From Octopus vulgaris (taxonomy: Eukaryota): a stretch of DNA of 64,000 bases. The DNA is taken from the NCBI GenBank assembly GCA_951406725.2, contig OX597815.1, positions 212,784,001 through 212,848,000 on the forward strand. Direction: 5' to 3'. Shown piece after piece: positions 12,882 through 25,354 of this stretch (position 1 is its first letter; the number at the start of each line of letters is the position of its first letter). A model generated the notes under the pieces. That model was not told where the DNA came from and searched no databases. It was given only the letters and a program-made list of their open reading frames with translations. A program made the position numbers and the translations under genes.

Positions 12882-14932
12882 TATTTGGTAGATGAAAACC
12901 GTATGGAAGCCCATCTTATCAGTGTATATATATTGTGTGCTTCATATAACATTAAGAGTTTATAGGTGCTTTAGCACCCCCAGTCACAATTAGTGATGAT
13001 AAAAGTTTTCCTTTATGGTACTATATTGCACCTAGCTGTTTATATTAATTTTTAATATACACATTAGCATTTTGCTAAATCAGCCACTAATTTATATGGT
13101 AAGTATATATACTGACAGGCTGACTTAGCCAAACCAGTGAGCAATCGAGTAGTCACTGCTGACAAGCCTATGACTGATAGGTGAACTAATCTAGTCCAGT
13201 GATTCTAGAGTTGTTCACAGGGTGGTTATTTCCCCTGTCAGTGTATATATATTGAGTGCTTCACACAACATTAAGAGTTTTTAACTCTTATTCCTTGCAA
13301 TATAGATGCTTGGCACCCTCACTCACAATTAGAGATGATAAAATTTTTCCTTTATGGTATTATATTGATTTTTAATATAAATATATATAGGTTCAGTTGT
13401 GGCTGAGTTGTAAAATGCTTGTTCCCAACCACATGGTTGCAGGTTCAGTCCTACTACATGGCACCTTAGGTATATGACTTCTACTTCAGCCTTGGGCCGA
13501 CCAAAGTGGAATTGGTAGATGGAAACTGAAAGAAGCCCATCGTATGTGTGTGTGTGTGTGTATTTATGTGTGTGTGTCTTTGTGTCCATGTTTGTCTCCT
13601 CCTCCATCATCACTTGACAACTGATGGTGGTGTGTTTATGTCCCTGTAACTTAGCGGTTCGGCAAAAGAGACCAATAGAATAAGTACTAGGCTTACAAAG
13701 AATAAGTCGTGGGGTTGATTTCTTTGACTAAAAATCCCTTTAAAACAATGCTCCAGCATGGCCGTAATCAAATGACTGAAACAAAAGAATAAAAGATTAT
13801 ATATAAAGAGTATATATATATGTATATAGACACACATACACACAAAAACACAGATATATATGTGTTTGTGTGTATGTATATATCTGTATGTATATATGTG
13901 TGTGTGTGTCTTTGTGACTGTCCCCCACTTCACTGCTCGACAGCCGGTGTTCCTTTGCTTACATCCTCATAATTTAGTGGCAAAAGACTAATAGAAGAAG
14001 GACCAGACCTTTAAAAAATAAGTACCAGGGGTCGATTTCCTTGATTAAAACCATTCAACACCATGCTTCAGCATGTCTGCAGTCCAATGACTAAAATAAG
14101 TAAAAGATAAAAGATAAAAAGATAAAAGATCTTGTACACCCTTAACCTATTTGTTCTGCGTTATTTCTAGAAACTTCTCTAAACGTGTTTCTTGCTGATA
14201 TAAAGTGCAGCCTTTTCACATTCATCATCTCCTTCCTAAGCACTTTCCAGCACTTTCCAGAACAGGATATATGCTAGCACACCTCTCCCTCTATATAACT
14301 GTTTTGAAGCCATACTTTTCTTTCTCCCCCACTTCATCTGTAATGTTGTTCCCTACTGTATAGATTACTTCAACCATTCACAATTAATTTGCTGGCTGTT
14401 CAATGAAAACTATCAACAAACAACTCAGAGTATCACCATATTTGAATAATCTTGAGATATATTTGATAATATTATTTTACGTAATACTGATAGTAATGAT
14501 TACGTATTGTTAAACTTTGAGACTCTTTGAACAAACAAGATGCCACAAGTCTCTTAACGAAATAATTTTTGACCTCCAAAACATTCTTTCACAGATAAAA
14601 TATTTTAATTAAAAATCCAATGTAATTAGATTAAGATAATTTATCTTAAGAAGGGTTCAAAAATAAGCATCAATCATCTGGAGCAGTGGCTCTTAACTTT
14701 CTGTTTTGATTTTTCTTACTCATACTCTCTTTTACTCTTTTACCTGTTTCAGTCATTTGACTGTGGCCATGCTGGAGCACTGCCTTTAGTCGAGCACATC
14801 GACCCCAGGATTTATTCTTTGTAAGCCTAGTACTTATTCTATCGGTCTCTTATGCCGAACCGCTAAGTTACGGGGACATAAACACATCATCATTGGTTGT
14901 CAAGCGATGTTGGGGGGCACAAACACAGAAAC

Positions 14933-15007
<75 letters not shown>

Positions 15008-15774
15008 TACGACGGGCTTCTTTTCAGTTTCTGTCAACCAAATCCACTCACAAGGCTTTGGTCGGCCCGAGGCTATAGTAGAAGACACTTGCCCGAGGTG
15101 CCACGTAGTGGGACTGAACCCAGAACCATGTGGTTCGTAAGCAAGCTACTTACCACAGACCCACTCCTATGCCTGTGTAACAAAATTAAATTTCTTTTTT
15201 TACCTTTGGCCAGTAAGTGCTATTTCCTATTTGCTTCAATCTAGAAATCAAAGGAAATGACTATTATTCCCTTCAAACTTTGCCTTTTTGACCTGGACAT
15301 CAGTATTTTGAAACTGACCCATTTTCGATTACATTTCACTGAGTTGCTGAAGCAGAAATATCGTTATAGCAAATATTCTGCTCAACACCACAGATTTGTT
15401 TGTAAGTTGCTTGACCTTAACCACTTGAGTATGTGCCTTAGTGGCTGACAATACATGCATCTCTGATCATGAACAGGAGTAGCCATGTGTTGAGAGGGTT
15501 CCTTTGAGGTTTGAGTAAATATCAAAACAAAAGCAAAGCTTGAAGGAAATATTAACCCTTTTTCATACTTTCTAGGGGTAAACAAATAGGAAATAACAGT
15601 TGTTACTCAAGGACAAAAAATCCTTGTTACTCAGTGTTTTTAGTTGAAAACTATAACAAAAACAAAAGCAAACTATTTCACCATTTGCAATATATATTAT
15701 TCCCAGCTTTAGTAACATGCAAAAAGAACTACTTTTATTGAGGTAAAGATATTTGTCTGTTGAATTCACATTAT

Positions 15775-15872
15775 CATCCCAGGAGCTCTGTAATGCCATG
15801 ATGGACCGTGAAGTCTGGCGTAGCATGGTAAATTCCAGTCTCGACCACGGTCAAACAATGATGAATGATGAT
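15775..15872 (+). mobile_element. RTE-type LINE 3' end fragment
   Basis: QELCNAMMDREVWRSMV C-terminus with an (ATG)n tail; same family as the minus copy at 24463-24635. Confidence 0.65.
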
Positions 15873-17156
15873 CATTCCTTACCACTTTATTTTCTATCAA
15901 AAGCCTCTTTCACTTTCGTTATTCCTCTCTACACCTCATTCTGTCAATGGTAGCTTCACTACTTCTGTTCATCCCTCACTGTTTCCACCCCTATGTACTT
16001 CTGACCTTGTCCCTGACACTGTGCATCTCTCATACACTGCTCATCGGCACTGCCTCCACCTTTTCTTTCCCAAAACTGGTATTCACCAATGGCCATACCT
16101 CCACTTATCTTCACCATTCACTGCATTCAACTCTCTTTCTATCTCTATCCATCTTTCTCTCTCATTTTACTCTCTCGCAAACTTAATAACTCATTCACCT
16201 CTGGATCACTTCTCTTATAGTAACTTGAGGTAGCCCCTGCAGCCCCTGCAAAATACCTGTTTCTGTCACTCTGCCTCCCACAACCTGGTATAAAACCACT
16301 TCTCTTAATACTATAACCACCTTCAGTTGAAGCCTTGTTTTGAGGGTGGTGCCAGTACCATGTAAAAAACATGCAATACACTCTGTCAAGTGGTTGGCCC
16401 TAAGAAGGGCCTACCAACTGTAGAAGCCAAGCCAAAGCAGACAGTGGAGTTTGGTGTAGTCCTATTGATTGTTGGCTCCTGCCAAACCATCCAAGTCATG
16501 CTAGTATGGAAAACAGATGTTAAAAAAGATGATGATGATGATGGTGATGGTGGTGGTGGTGATGATGGTGATGATGATGATGACAACAACGACGATGATG
16601 ATGATGATGATAAAGCTGTGTTTTAGCAAATTAAATTCTATTAAGGCATAAATATGCACAAGTCACACAAGCTAAAAGGATTGATAAAAATTAACTTAAT
16701 TCATATCTAATTAAAAAGTAAAATTTAAGCATAAAACATATTAAAAAAAATGTTATTGATTAACATTTTACTAATTAAGAGCCTTGTGGCTACTACAGTC
16801 TTGAAAGTTTTTCAACATTTACCTGCAGTGTGGTTAACGACAAATGAAGATCACCTCTTCTTCATAATATTAAAGTAAGTGTAAGCTTTTCATAACCAGA
16901 TTCAACAAAATAAGAAATGGTAAAAACAATGACATACAACTTTACTTTCTCTCAGAAAAGCAAACATCTCACAACAGTTTCACCACTTCTCCATTAATTA
17001 TGCTTGCCAAGTTTGGACATAGCTTCAGCTGTTTGGCCAGTAAGTGCTATTTCTTATTTGCTTTGCTATAATCTCTTGTATTTAGCTGAAATGGCTACAT
17101 CATCCAATATGAAATGCTTATCTCTTACCAAGTCACTGAAATGAACTCTCCCACCC

Positions 17157-17324
17157 AGGGCTATCTTAAGACTTGGGCACACTGGGCAGTTGCCCCGAGG
17201 GCCTTACAGGTCTTGGGGCCCATTTCTGACCTATGGGTGTGGTAGATTGCTGTAAATAAATAAGTACACTAGGGCCAGTTCATTGATTTGCCTGGGGGCC
17301 TACAATGCTGCTAAGGCAGCCCAG
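17157..17324. mobile_element. hAT-like MITE
   Basis: cagggctatctta / taaggcagcccag terminal inverted repeats; a partial copy lies at about 55598-55652. Confidence 0.5.
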
Positions 17325-18423
17325 TTCCTATTACTATATAAATGTGTGGGATGACATCAGTGGCTGGGGAGCTGACTGGAAGAGGAAGGGTACAGCAGTG
17401 ACGTGCGCACAGGCAGGGGATGATTGGGCCTTTTCAATTGGGGTAGCCGAGAGTGCTGGACATGTGAGCACTTCGACAAGGTGAGGGAAAGCAGCTGCTA
17501 TTTTTAGCATTCAGGTCAGGCTATGTGGAAGGGTGCATTACCACCAGACAGGTCTGTGTCAACGAAGAGAAGGCAGGTGTCTTACTTCAAATCTCACGCA
17601 TACACCATGAAATGCTTTAAACTCTCAACATATGCAGAAAGGTTATCCTCACCTTACAGTTCAGTGTCAGAAACTGCTCCAACTAACAACATTGTATATT
17701 AACTCTGAATAATTTGAGTTTCTCAATGAAAGCAGTATTAGCCTCTTTGCAAGATGTAAGACCATAGTCCAAACCCACTCACTACTCTCTTACACTTTAT
17801 TCAATAAATTAAGCTTTTGAACTATATTTGAGATGTAAAATGTATCACACCTGGTAACAACCAACTTCTCACCAAACTGTTTACTATTCAGAAATGTCTC
17901 AAAGGGCAATATTTGCATTCCTTTTTCTTTTAGTTATTCCCAATTATCTCTAATAAACCTTGCTGAAACTTACTATTTCTTTACTTGTAAATCTAGTAGG
18001 GTTAGTTTTTGTTGAACTGAATAAATTTAGTTACTGTGAGGAGTAGAAGAACTGCCATTGTGATCACAGCCTCTTCAGTTGAGTTGAGAGTGTTTGGTAC
18101 GATTACCAGCAGAAAATGATAAAACTTGTGAGTTTGTTTAAGGTGATGGGTGGAGAGATTAGATACAAGATTTGGAACAGAACTGCATCTTGGTAACAAA
18201 CGATTCTGGATAGTGCTAAGAACGCATCTATAAGTTAAGGAGGGATGGGAAAAGGGTGGAGGATAAACAAGTCAAGTTGGCGCATAGAGTGAAAGAATAA
18301 TAAAGAATCATAATTCAGTGGGGTGGGGTGTCATTGTAACTGGGTGTAAAACAGTATATTTTATTATCTCCTGATATAATAACAAGCGTAGTGTTTTTAT
18401 ATATTTGTATATATATATATATA

Positions 18424-18798
18424 CTAGCAGTATCGCCTGGCATTGCTCAGGTTTGTAAGGGAAATAACTATATAAGCATTTTTAGAGAGTTATAGCCAAA
18501 AAATAGCAAAAAATGCAAAAAATGATGGTAAATTTTTATTAAAATCGTTGACTTATCGTAGACATTTTTAGAGAGTTACTTCCCTTATATAATAGCGAAA
18601 AAATGCATTAAAATGGAAAAAAATTATGGTAAATTTTTTTTAAATCGTAGACTCATGCTAATACCCAGAAGGGCTCGATATGAATCACGACTATAAGATA
18701 CCCGGTTTTGGTTAAACTGCACTGCAAAATGTGGGAGTAGTTAGGAATCTAAATTGTAGGAGACAGACAGCACACAACCTTACTTTTATATATAAAGA
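18424..18798 (-). mobile_element. Non-autonomous Helitron, copy A
   Basis: Minus strand reads A|TC...CTAG|T with a subterminal GC hairpin and no TSD; near-identical to 19582-19972. Confidence 0.82.
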
Positions 18799-19581
18799 TA
18801 TATATATTGCCAGACCCCAGTTGAACCGTATGCTAGCATGGAAAGCGGACGTTAAACAATGATGATGATGATGATGATGATATATATGAATTTGTCCAAA
18901 ATCAAGCAGTGGGAGTGAATGGTGAAGGAAGAGGAGAGAAAATAGTAATTCAGTGAAGGAGAAGTAGTGAGAGTAATAGCCATGAGACTGAAAGGGAGTG
19001 AGAGAAAGTAATAGCAATGAGAGGGAGGAAGTGGCAAAGAGAGCATCATGTATCTTCTACTATAACAATCTACTATAATAATACTTTTGTGTAGTTCTGG
19101 GACACAACATATGAATGAGAAGGGGAGGAGGGATCCACTGATGGAAGGGGGATGGTGAAAGGTCAATGGTGCAACAAAAAGTAAATAGTGCTTTAACTCT
19201 GTGTGAGTATATGTGTGTGTGCGTGTAAAAAGGGAAGAATGGGAATGTTTGTGTGTGCGTGTGTGTATGTTTGAGTGAGTATATATGTGTTTGTGTATGT
19301 TTATTTAGAAAGATATATAGAAAATAGAATTAGACACGCACATTTACACACACACACACACATATGTATGAAGAGACACACTTAAGAAGGAAGGAAGTGG
19401 GCTGTGACAAAGTATTGACAACCATGTTCTCTACAGACTGTGCTACGCATACATATAAATGTATACACATGCACACACGCATGCGTGCACACACGCATGC
19501 GTGCACACACGCATGCGTGCACACACACACACACAGTTGAAGCACAGTTTGATTTTTTTTTTTTTTTTCACTTTTTATATA

Positions 19582-19972
19582 TCTTTATATATAAAAGAGA
19601 AGTTGTGTGTCTGTCTGTCTCCTACAATTTAGATTCCTAACTACTCCCACATTTTGCGGTGCAGTTTAACCAAAACCGGGTATCTTATAGTCGTGATTCA
19701 TATCGAGCCCTTCTGGGTATTAGCGCACGTCTACGATGAGTCTACGATTTAAAAAAAAATTTACCATAATTTTTTCCATTTTAATGCATTTTTTTCGCTA
19801 TTATATAAGGGAAGTAACTCTCTAAAAATGTCTATGATGAGTCAACGATTTAAAAAAAATTTACCATCATTTTTTTTCCCATTTTTAATGCATTTTTTTG
19901 CTATAACTCTCTAAAAATGCTTATATAGTTATTTCCCTTACAAACCCAAGCAACGCCAGGCGATACTGCTAG
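19582..19972 (+). mobile_element. Non-autonomous Helitron, copy B
   Basis: A|TCTTTATATATAAAAG ... cccaagcaacgccaggcgatactgCTAG|T; contains internal direct repeats of about 70 bp. Confidence 0.85.
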
Positions 19973-20724
19973 TATAAAATAATACAATTAGCGGTCATTT
20001 TTGATGACACAGGGTCAGCTATAAATAAATCTCCAAAGTTAGAGTGCATCTAGAGTGGCCAGATAGAGAAAGTGCGAAAGAGAGATGGATAAGGTGTTGT
20101 TAAACAGATATTGGTGTAGAGAGGAGAGGCTACTCATAAGATGGTCAGTATTTACCAGGCTTTAAAAAAAATTAGTACTCGGGTTAATTTGTTCAACTAA
20201 ATTCTTCAAAGCAGTGCCCCAGCAATGCCACAGTCTAGTGACTTGAACAAGGGAAAGATAACAGGTAAGAAAGTAACCACTACATGGCTAACCTATTGCG
20301 GTCCCTTGACCTGCTAGAAATCAACTGAGTTTAGCATGAGAAAGTTAAAGGAGTGAATATCGTTCTCAAATTACACATGACTGCATTTTGAAGACAACAG
20401 AAAGTCTATTGAAAGAAACATGACTATCACTTTGGGCGGGTCAAGCAATTTTACAGAACATTTCTTGTTAATGGAAGGAGTTAAGAAAAGGCCACTAGTA
20501 TCCATCTTTTACATTTTATTTGTTTCAGTCAAAAGGACTGTGGCCATGCTGGAGCATTGTCTTGAAGAGTTTTAGTTGAACAAATTGACCCTTGTATTTA
20601 TTCTGTTGGTCTCTTTTGTTGAACCATTAAGATATGGGGACATAAATAAGCCAACACCAGTTGTGAAGCATATTGACTGCTCGCTCCAAAAGAGTTTCTA
20701 TTCTCTCTCTGTTTTTTTCCTTGT

Positions 20725-20766
20725 GTTCCTTTCTGTTGAAGAGCGTAGGCTTGAAACGTAAAAGAT
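20725..20766 (+). ncRNA. Degenerate hammerhead-like motif in a pLTR-like remnant
   Basis: ccttt-CTGTTGA-a-gagc-gtag-gctt-GAAA-CGTA-aaag: same layout as the other motifs, but core A6 is U. Confidence 0.35.
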
Positions 20767-21429
20767 TTTCTCACCTCCCTGAGCATTAAACTTATACACC
20801 TATTTGTTGTTTATACACCTGTCTTCATCTTTTGTTTTACTGCAAATTTCAACTGTATATATATATAAGTGGATTTAGTAGAAGGAAGCTTATTGTATAT
20901 ATACCAATACACATATATATATATATCATCATCATTTAACATCTGTTTTGTATGCTAGTATGGGTTGGACTATATACGCGTTTGTGTGTGTGTGTGTGTG
21001 TCTTTGTGTCAGAATTGAGATCCTAAAAAGCACCCAGTACACCCAGTGGAATTGTTGGAATTAGGAAGGGCATCCAGCAGTAGAAACCAAGCCAGAACAG
21101 ACTGGAACCTGGTATGGCCCCTGGCCTTGCCAGTTCCTGTCAAGCCATCCAACCCATGCCAGCATGGAAAACAGACATTAAATGTTGATGATGATGGTGA
21201 AACATACACACACACACACAACAGGCTTCCCCACAGTTTCTTGTCTACCAAATTCACTCAAAAGGCTGGGGCTATAGTAGACAACACTTGCCCAAGCTAT
21301 CATGCAGTAGGATTGAACTTGAAATCACATGGTTGCAAAGTGAGTTTCTTAACCATGGCTGAGCCTAAAAAAAAAATCTATACTAATTACACCTATCTAA
21401 AAACAAATCTGTACTAATTACATCTTTTT

Positions 21430-22118
21430 CACATGCCTACATCATGACTGTGGCTCATTGCTTTGTGAACACTGTAAGGGTTGTAAGATGTGATCCATGT
21501 GGTGTCCCATGCATCATGAAAACCAAGTTCCCCCAAACTGGGATTGTCTTTAGGTGTGTCTCCCACGAGGGTGGTGCCTTGTTGCTCCACATCTTTGAAC
21601 AGGGCCTTAGGCACAATTTCAATGGCTATGTGAAGCTGCTGGAGACTGTGGTCAATTCCTGGATGGAAAGGGTTGTTGCTAGAAGATCATACACGTGGGA
21701 GCAGGAGTCATCTCCTTGCCATACCTCGGAAAAGAATCAAAAGTTGTTGGGAAATTTCTATGAATTAACGAACCCCAATTTCTAGTCTCCTAATCCATCT
21801 GATTGTAATACCATGGATTACTATGTTGTGGGGTGTGGTTGAGAAAGACACCAATCCTTCTGCCTGCAACACCAAAGCCAAGCGGATGGCTGAGATGAAA
21901 TGTTTGAAGATCTTCTCAGGGGAACAGTAAGGAACACATGTGCCAGGTTCTGGAGCCATGTTGGAAGCTGAGGATGGCCACTTTGAATAAACTGTTATCT
22001 CCCAGCCATAATCTAATTGATATTTTATGTTTTAAAAAAAAAATATTTTTGCTTTTGGATGGGATATTGTGCTTTCTGTTCCTTTTATGCAATCTGTCAA
22101 ATTTAGCCCAAACACCAT
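21430..22118 (+). mobile_element. Tc1/mariner-superfamily (maT/DD37D-like) remnant
   Basis: Transposase pieces MKTKFP, YVKLLETVV..W, YTWEQESSPCHTS and DCNTMDYYV; same family as 2075-2612. Confidence 0.7.
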
Positions 22119-22257
22119 GAACAGTCTGTTAATATGTCTTTGAATGCAATGCATCTTGAGAAGCTTGCATATTTTTGTATTAATTTTACATATTTCATTG
22201 ATGGACAATTTTATGATTTTAAAGCTGAAGGTTACAACAGGTATAGTCATATAAACA

Positions 22258-22512
22258 AAATAAATGCGCCCTTTTAAAGCCTAGCCAGGCTCATGGGCCC
22301 AGTTTCCCAGTTTCTATGGTGTATGTTTTCTCCTGCTGGACAGGACGCCAGTCCATCGCAGCGTTACTCATTTTTGCCAGCTGAGTGGACTGGAGCAATG
22401 TGAAATGATGTGTTTTGCTCAAGGACACAACGCGTCGCCCGGTCCAGGAATCAAAACCACAATCTTACAATCATGATGCTGACACCCTAACCACTAAGCC
22501 ACGCGCCTCCAC
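22258..22512 (-). mobile_element. tRNA-derived SINE family 3 (representative)
   Basis: Head ggaggcgcgtggcttagtggttaggg and core gtccttgagcaa...ctccagtccactcagctg. Relatives with other tails at about 830-1095(-), 9040-9350(-), 40024-40365(+) and 47535-47850(+). Confidence 0.8.
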
Positions 22513-23087
22513 GTATAGTCATATAGATAGGAACAATTCTATTTCTCAAATTAAGTTAGCCTTTTAGGATAGCTCGAACTCTACAATAGCATTCTTTCCA
22601 TATTTTTCCCACATATTTGTTGATGCTTGATGCTATTTACCCCTTCATACACCAAAATATTTGTAGTTTTCTTCAGGATTTAATTCTTTGATCATGGTAG
22701 CTTGTCTAGTTGTGTGTTGGCTTTCAAGAGTTTTCCCATAAAAAATTTGGCTTTAGCACATTTATCATGGCTGAATTTCATTCAGTCATTCACAATCACT
22801 GAATTGTTTTACTATAGATAAAAGCCATTCCTCCCCACTGAGCAATTATTTCATTTCATTTGTGTCATTTATCCAAACTGAATGGTGTAGAGTAAAATTT
22901 GAAATAATGACAACTGGTTTAGCAATGTATCACAGCAACTATGCCTCATTTTCATAAATTAATTATTTTGCCAAAGTTTATTCACAAATACTTTTATTTA
23001 AAAAACCTTATTTACAATGCAAAATATATTTGCTACATTTACATAATAGAAAGAAAATATTCTATAAACTTGTTATGTATTATTTTG

Positions 23088-23246
23088 TTACTCCTCTCTG
23101 GAAAGTGCTGTGTCCAATAACTCTTTGTTAATGCGATGTTTCATTAAATATTTTCCATTCAAGTGGAAAACAGGAATATCAAACCTGTATTTGTAGAAGA
23201 ACTCTTTGTTTTTGGCATCAGTTATATCAACTTCATTGAAAATAAC
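23088..23246 (-). CDS. C5orf63: C5orf63 homolog, coding exon 2 (52 aa + TAA)
   Basis: Not in the ORF track. Acceptor tttctattttgcag, then VIFNEVDITDAKNKEFFYKYRFDIPVFHLNGKYLMKHRINKELLDTALSREE*. DIPVFHLNG..LMxHR is the family C-terminal motif. In phase with exon 1, giving 111 aa. Confidence 0.9.
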   Translation of the reverse strand, partial: VIFNEVDITDAKNKEFFYKYRFDIPVFHLNGKYLMKHRINKELLDTALSREE

Positions 23247-23612
23247 CTGCAAAATAGAAAAAACAACAACAACATAATTGACAAGGATTATATATTAAAT
23301 TCTGGGGACATAAACTAATACCAGTTCTCAAGCAGTGGTGGGTAAAACACAAATACTTGATAGATTGATTGATACACATACATCCATCCAGCCAGCCAGC
23401 CATCCATGCATACAAACATACATATATATACGTATATGCATTAGTTGTGGAAGTTAGGTGCAGGCATGGTGGTATAGTTAAGACACTTGCTTCCATGTAG
23501 TCTTAGGTTCAGTTCCACTGTACAGTGCATTTGGAAAGTGTCTTCTGCTACATCTCTGGGCAGACCAAAGTTGGCACATGGATCTGATAGATGGAAAGTG
23601 AAAGAAACCTGT

Positions 23613-23657
<45 letters not shown>

Positions 23658-23740
23658 ATAATAATCAAGCAATAATCTAGTAGCTCTGCGTTGGCAAGAC
23701 TTGAAAAGATACAGAAAGTGAAAGGAGCACAGAGTGAAAT

Positions 23741-23776
23741 ATCCAACGTTTTGGATTCAATCCTTCATCAGGGGGC
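23741..23776 (-). ncRNA. Degenerate minimal hammerhead in a Penelope pLTR-like remnant (about 23690-23830)
   Basis: Minus strand reads cccc-CTGATGA-a-gga-ttgaa-tcc-AAAA-CGTT-gg. The G of GAAA is replaced by A in a CpG context. Confidence 0.5.
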
Positions 23777-23854
23777 AGAGAGAAGAAAAAGAGAAAAAAG
23801 GTAGAATCATAAATAGGAAACAGTGACACAAGACACTAATGTTTCAAATATAAA

Positions 23855-24281
23855 AAATGTTTTGTCTTACCTCTGGGAAGAATGCCAGATAAATGAACAA
23901 CCTTGAGTTTTGGACTTTCCAAAATATGTTTGTTATCGTAAATCTGGTTAGTCTTCTTCAGCTGGGTTCACCGAAGATGAAATTTGAACTCTCCATTACA
24001 TCAATAACGTATATTCGGCTGATTTGCCTGTCCATAAACAGAACAGAATTATAGATATTATTGCAATAGAATTGTATTGTTTTCCAGCCAAATAAAGGTA
24101 GAATTATAAATAGGAAATAGTGGCATAATAAGGCACCAACCTAGCTGAAGAAGACTAACCTGATTTATGATAACAAACGTATTCTGGAAAGTCCGAAACT
24201 CGAGTACTAGGTTATCCATTCAAGGTTGTTCAGTGTTCATTTATCCGGTGTTCTTCCTAGAAGTAAGACGAAAATGTTTTC
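23855..24281. repeat. Inverted pair of hammerhead-bearing pLTR-like segments (about 23855-23968 vs 24138-24281) in the C5orf63 intron
   Basis: The left arm reverse-complements to the right arm over about 110 nt. The left (minus) copy has GAAA>AAAA and lacks about 20 nt covering the cleavage site and the 3' strand of helix I. Confidence 0.85.
24138..24213 (+). ncRNA. Type I hammerhead ribozyme motif (Penelope pLTR-type), near-intact
   Basis: Helix I AACCTAG/CTAGGTT is a perfect 7 bp. Core CTGAAGA at 24145-51, helix II gact/agtc, GAAA at 24195-98, palindromic helix III ACTCGAGT, GUA cleavage triplet ending at 24206. Confidence 0.75.
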
Positions 24282-24358
24282 ATGTTCACATCTTTACGTG
24301 AGTCGCCTAAAAGACCATAAGTCACAGAACATGACAGTCACCATATTCCCTTCCATAT

Positions 24359-24452
24359 CGGTTAGCTCTGATGAGCGTACAGTTATATAAAAGGATTGTT
24401 ACCTAACAATCCATTTTATTCTTTACACGAAACCGATTGGTAAGATCAGCCG
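24359..24452 (+). ncRNA. Type I hammerhead ribozyme motif with an extended helix II
   Basis: CTGATGA at 24368-74. Helix II gcgta/tacac encloses a ggattgtta/taacaatcc hairpin. GAAA at 24429-32, near-palindromic ACCGATTGGT, GUA at 24440-42. Helix I cggttagct/agatcagccg has one mismatch and one bulge. Confidence 0.62.
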
Positions 24453-24462
24453 TGATAGATAT

Positions 24463-24635
24463 ATCATCATCATTGTTCGACCGTGGTCGAGACAATGGAA
24501 TATACCATGCTACGCCAGACTTCACGGTCCATCATGGCATTACGGAGGTCCTGTTGCTGGATGCCTGTATCCCTGGAGATTACATCAGGGTAGGAGAGTG
24601 TGCACCCTCTGGTATTGCGAGTAGATATATAACAC
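24463..24635 (-). mobile_element. RTE-type LINE 3' end fragment in the C5orf63 intron
   Basis: Reverse complement matches 15775-15872 (gccatgatggaccgtgaagtctggcgtagcatggta...) with an (ATG)n tail. Confidence 0.65.
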
Positions 24636-25022
24636 TATACTTTTCTGATAATTAATTAATTAATTAACACACACACACATACATACTATGGCTAGGATTG
24701 ATTAGAAGTAGGATTTTACAGCCAGAAGCTTTTCCTATCACCAATTTTCACTTTTTTTCACGTAAAGTACATTTTATGCCACGGGCCTTCAAAGGCACAG
24801 AGCAGCTGGTTGTAATGTCAACAAGGAATGTAAACGTGAGGACCTTTATCATTCAAACGGCAACAAGTGAAACATCAACATTTGCACTTGCATTTATATG
24901 CGCACAGAACAAAGTTATAAGGTTATAAGATTTTTTGCTGACGAAGATCGTTACAAGTTTGCTAGTTTTCGGTTTATTTATTGACTTATTTAAATGTTAT
25001 AATAACTGCAGATCAAACTTAC

Positions 25023-25199
25023 TTTATCCATGAATGGAATCAGCGCTTCTTTGGCTTCTGCACACAAACTACATTCTTCCTTGGTAAACATAGTCAGAGT
25101 CGGTTTAGCTTTGCTCGAAACGTAACTCCGGGAGCAAAATAAGCCAATAATTCGTTTGAAAGTGAAAGGTGTGTGAATAAGATTCGTCCTTGTCAACAT
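25023..25199 (-). CDS. C5orf63: Glutaredoxin-like protein C5orf63/YDR286C homolog, coding exon 1 (59 codons)
   Basis: ATG at 25199. Encodes an Arg/Ser-rich leader resembling a mitochondrial presequence, then PTLTMFTKEECSLCAEAKEAL (family pattern LTLFTKxxCxLCxEAK with a CxxC). Phase-0 GTAAGT donor at 25022. Confidence 0.9.
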
Positions 25200-25354
25200 T
25201 TGGATCAGAATATAAAGAACAGAAATCGCAAAACAAATTCTACAAAAATATCGAAAGAAATATTTCGGCGTAAAGGGGAGGTCACTCTTAATAACTTCTG
25301 GACAATTCGTAGAGAGTTTTTCAAGGGAAGCAATTACGTGTTTAATTTGGAAAG
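25200..25354. promoter_or_regulatory. Putative bidirectional promoter / 5'UTRs between C5orf63 and NUBP1
   Basis: Divergent ATGs only 155 bp apart. The interval is repeat-free and CpG-enriched relative to its flanks, with an E2F-like TTTCGGCG near 25263 and a YY1-like AAGATGGC overlapping the NUBP1 ATG. Confidence 0.7.
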
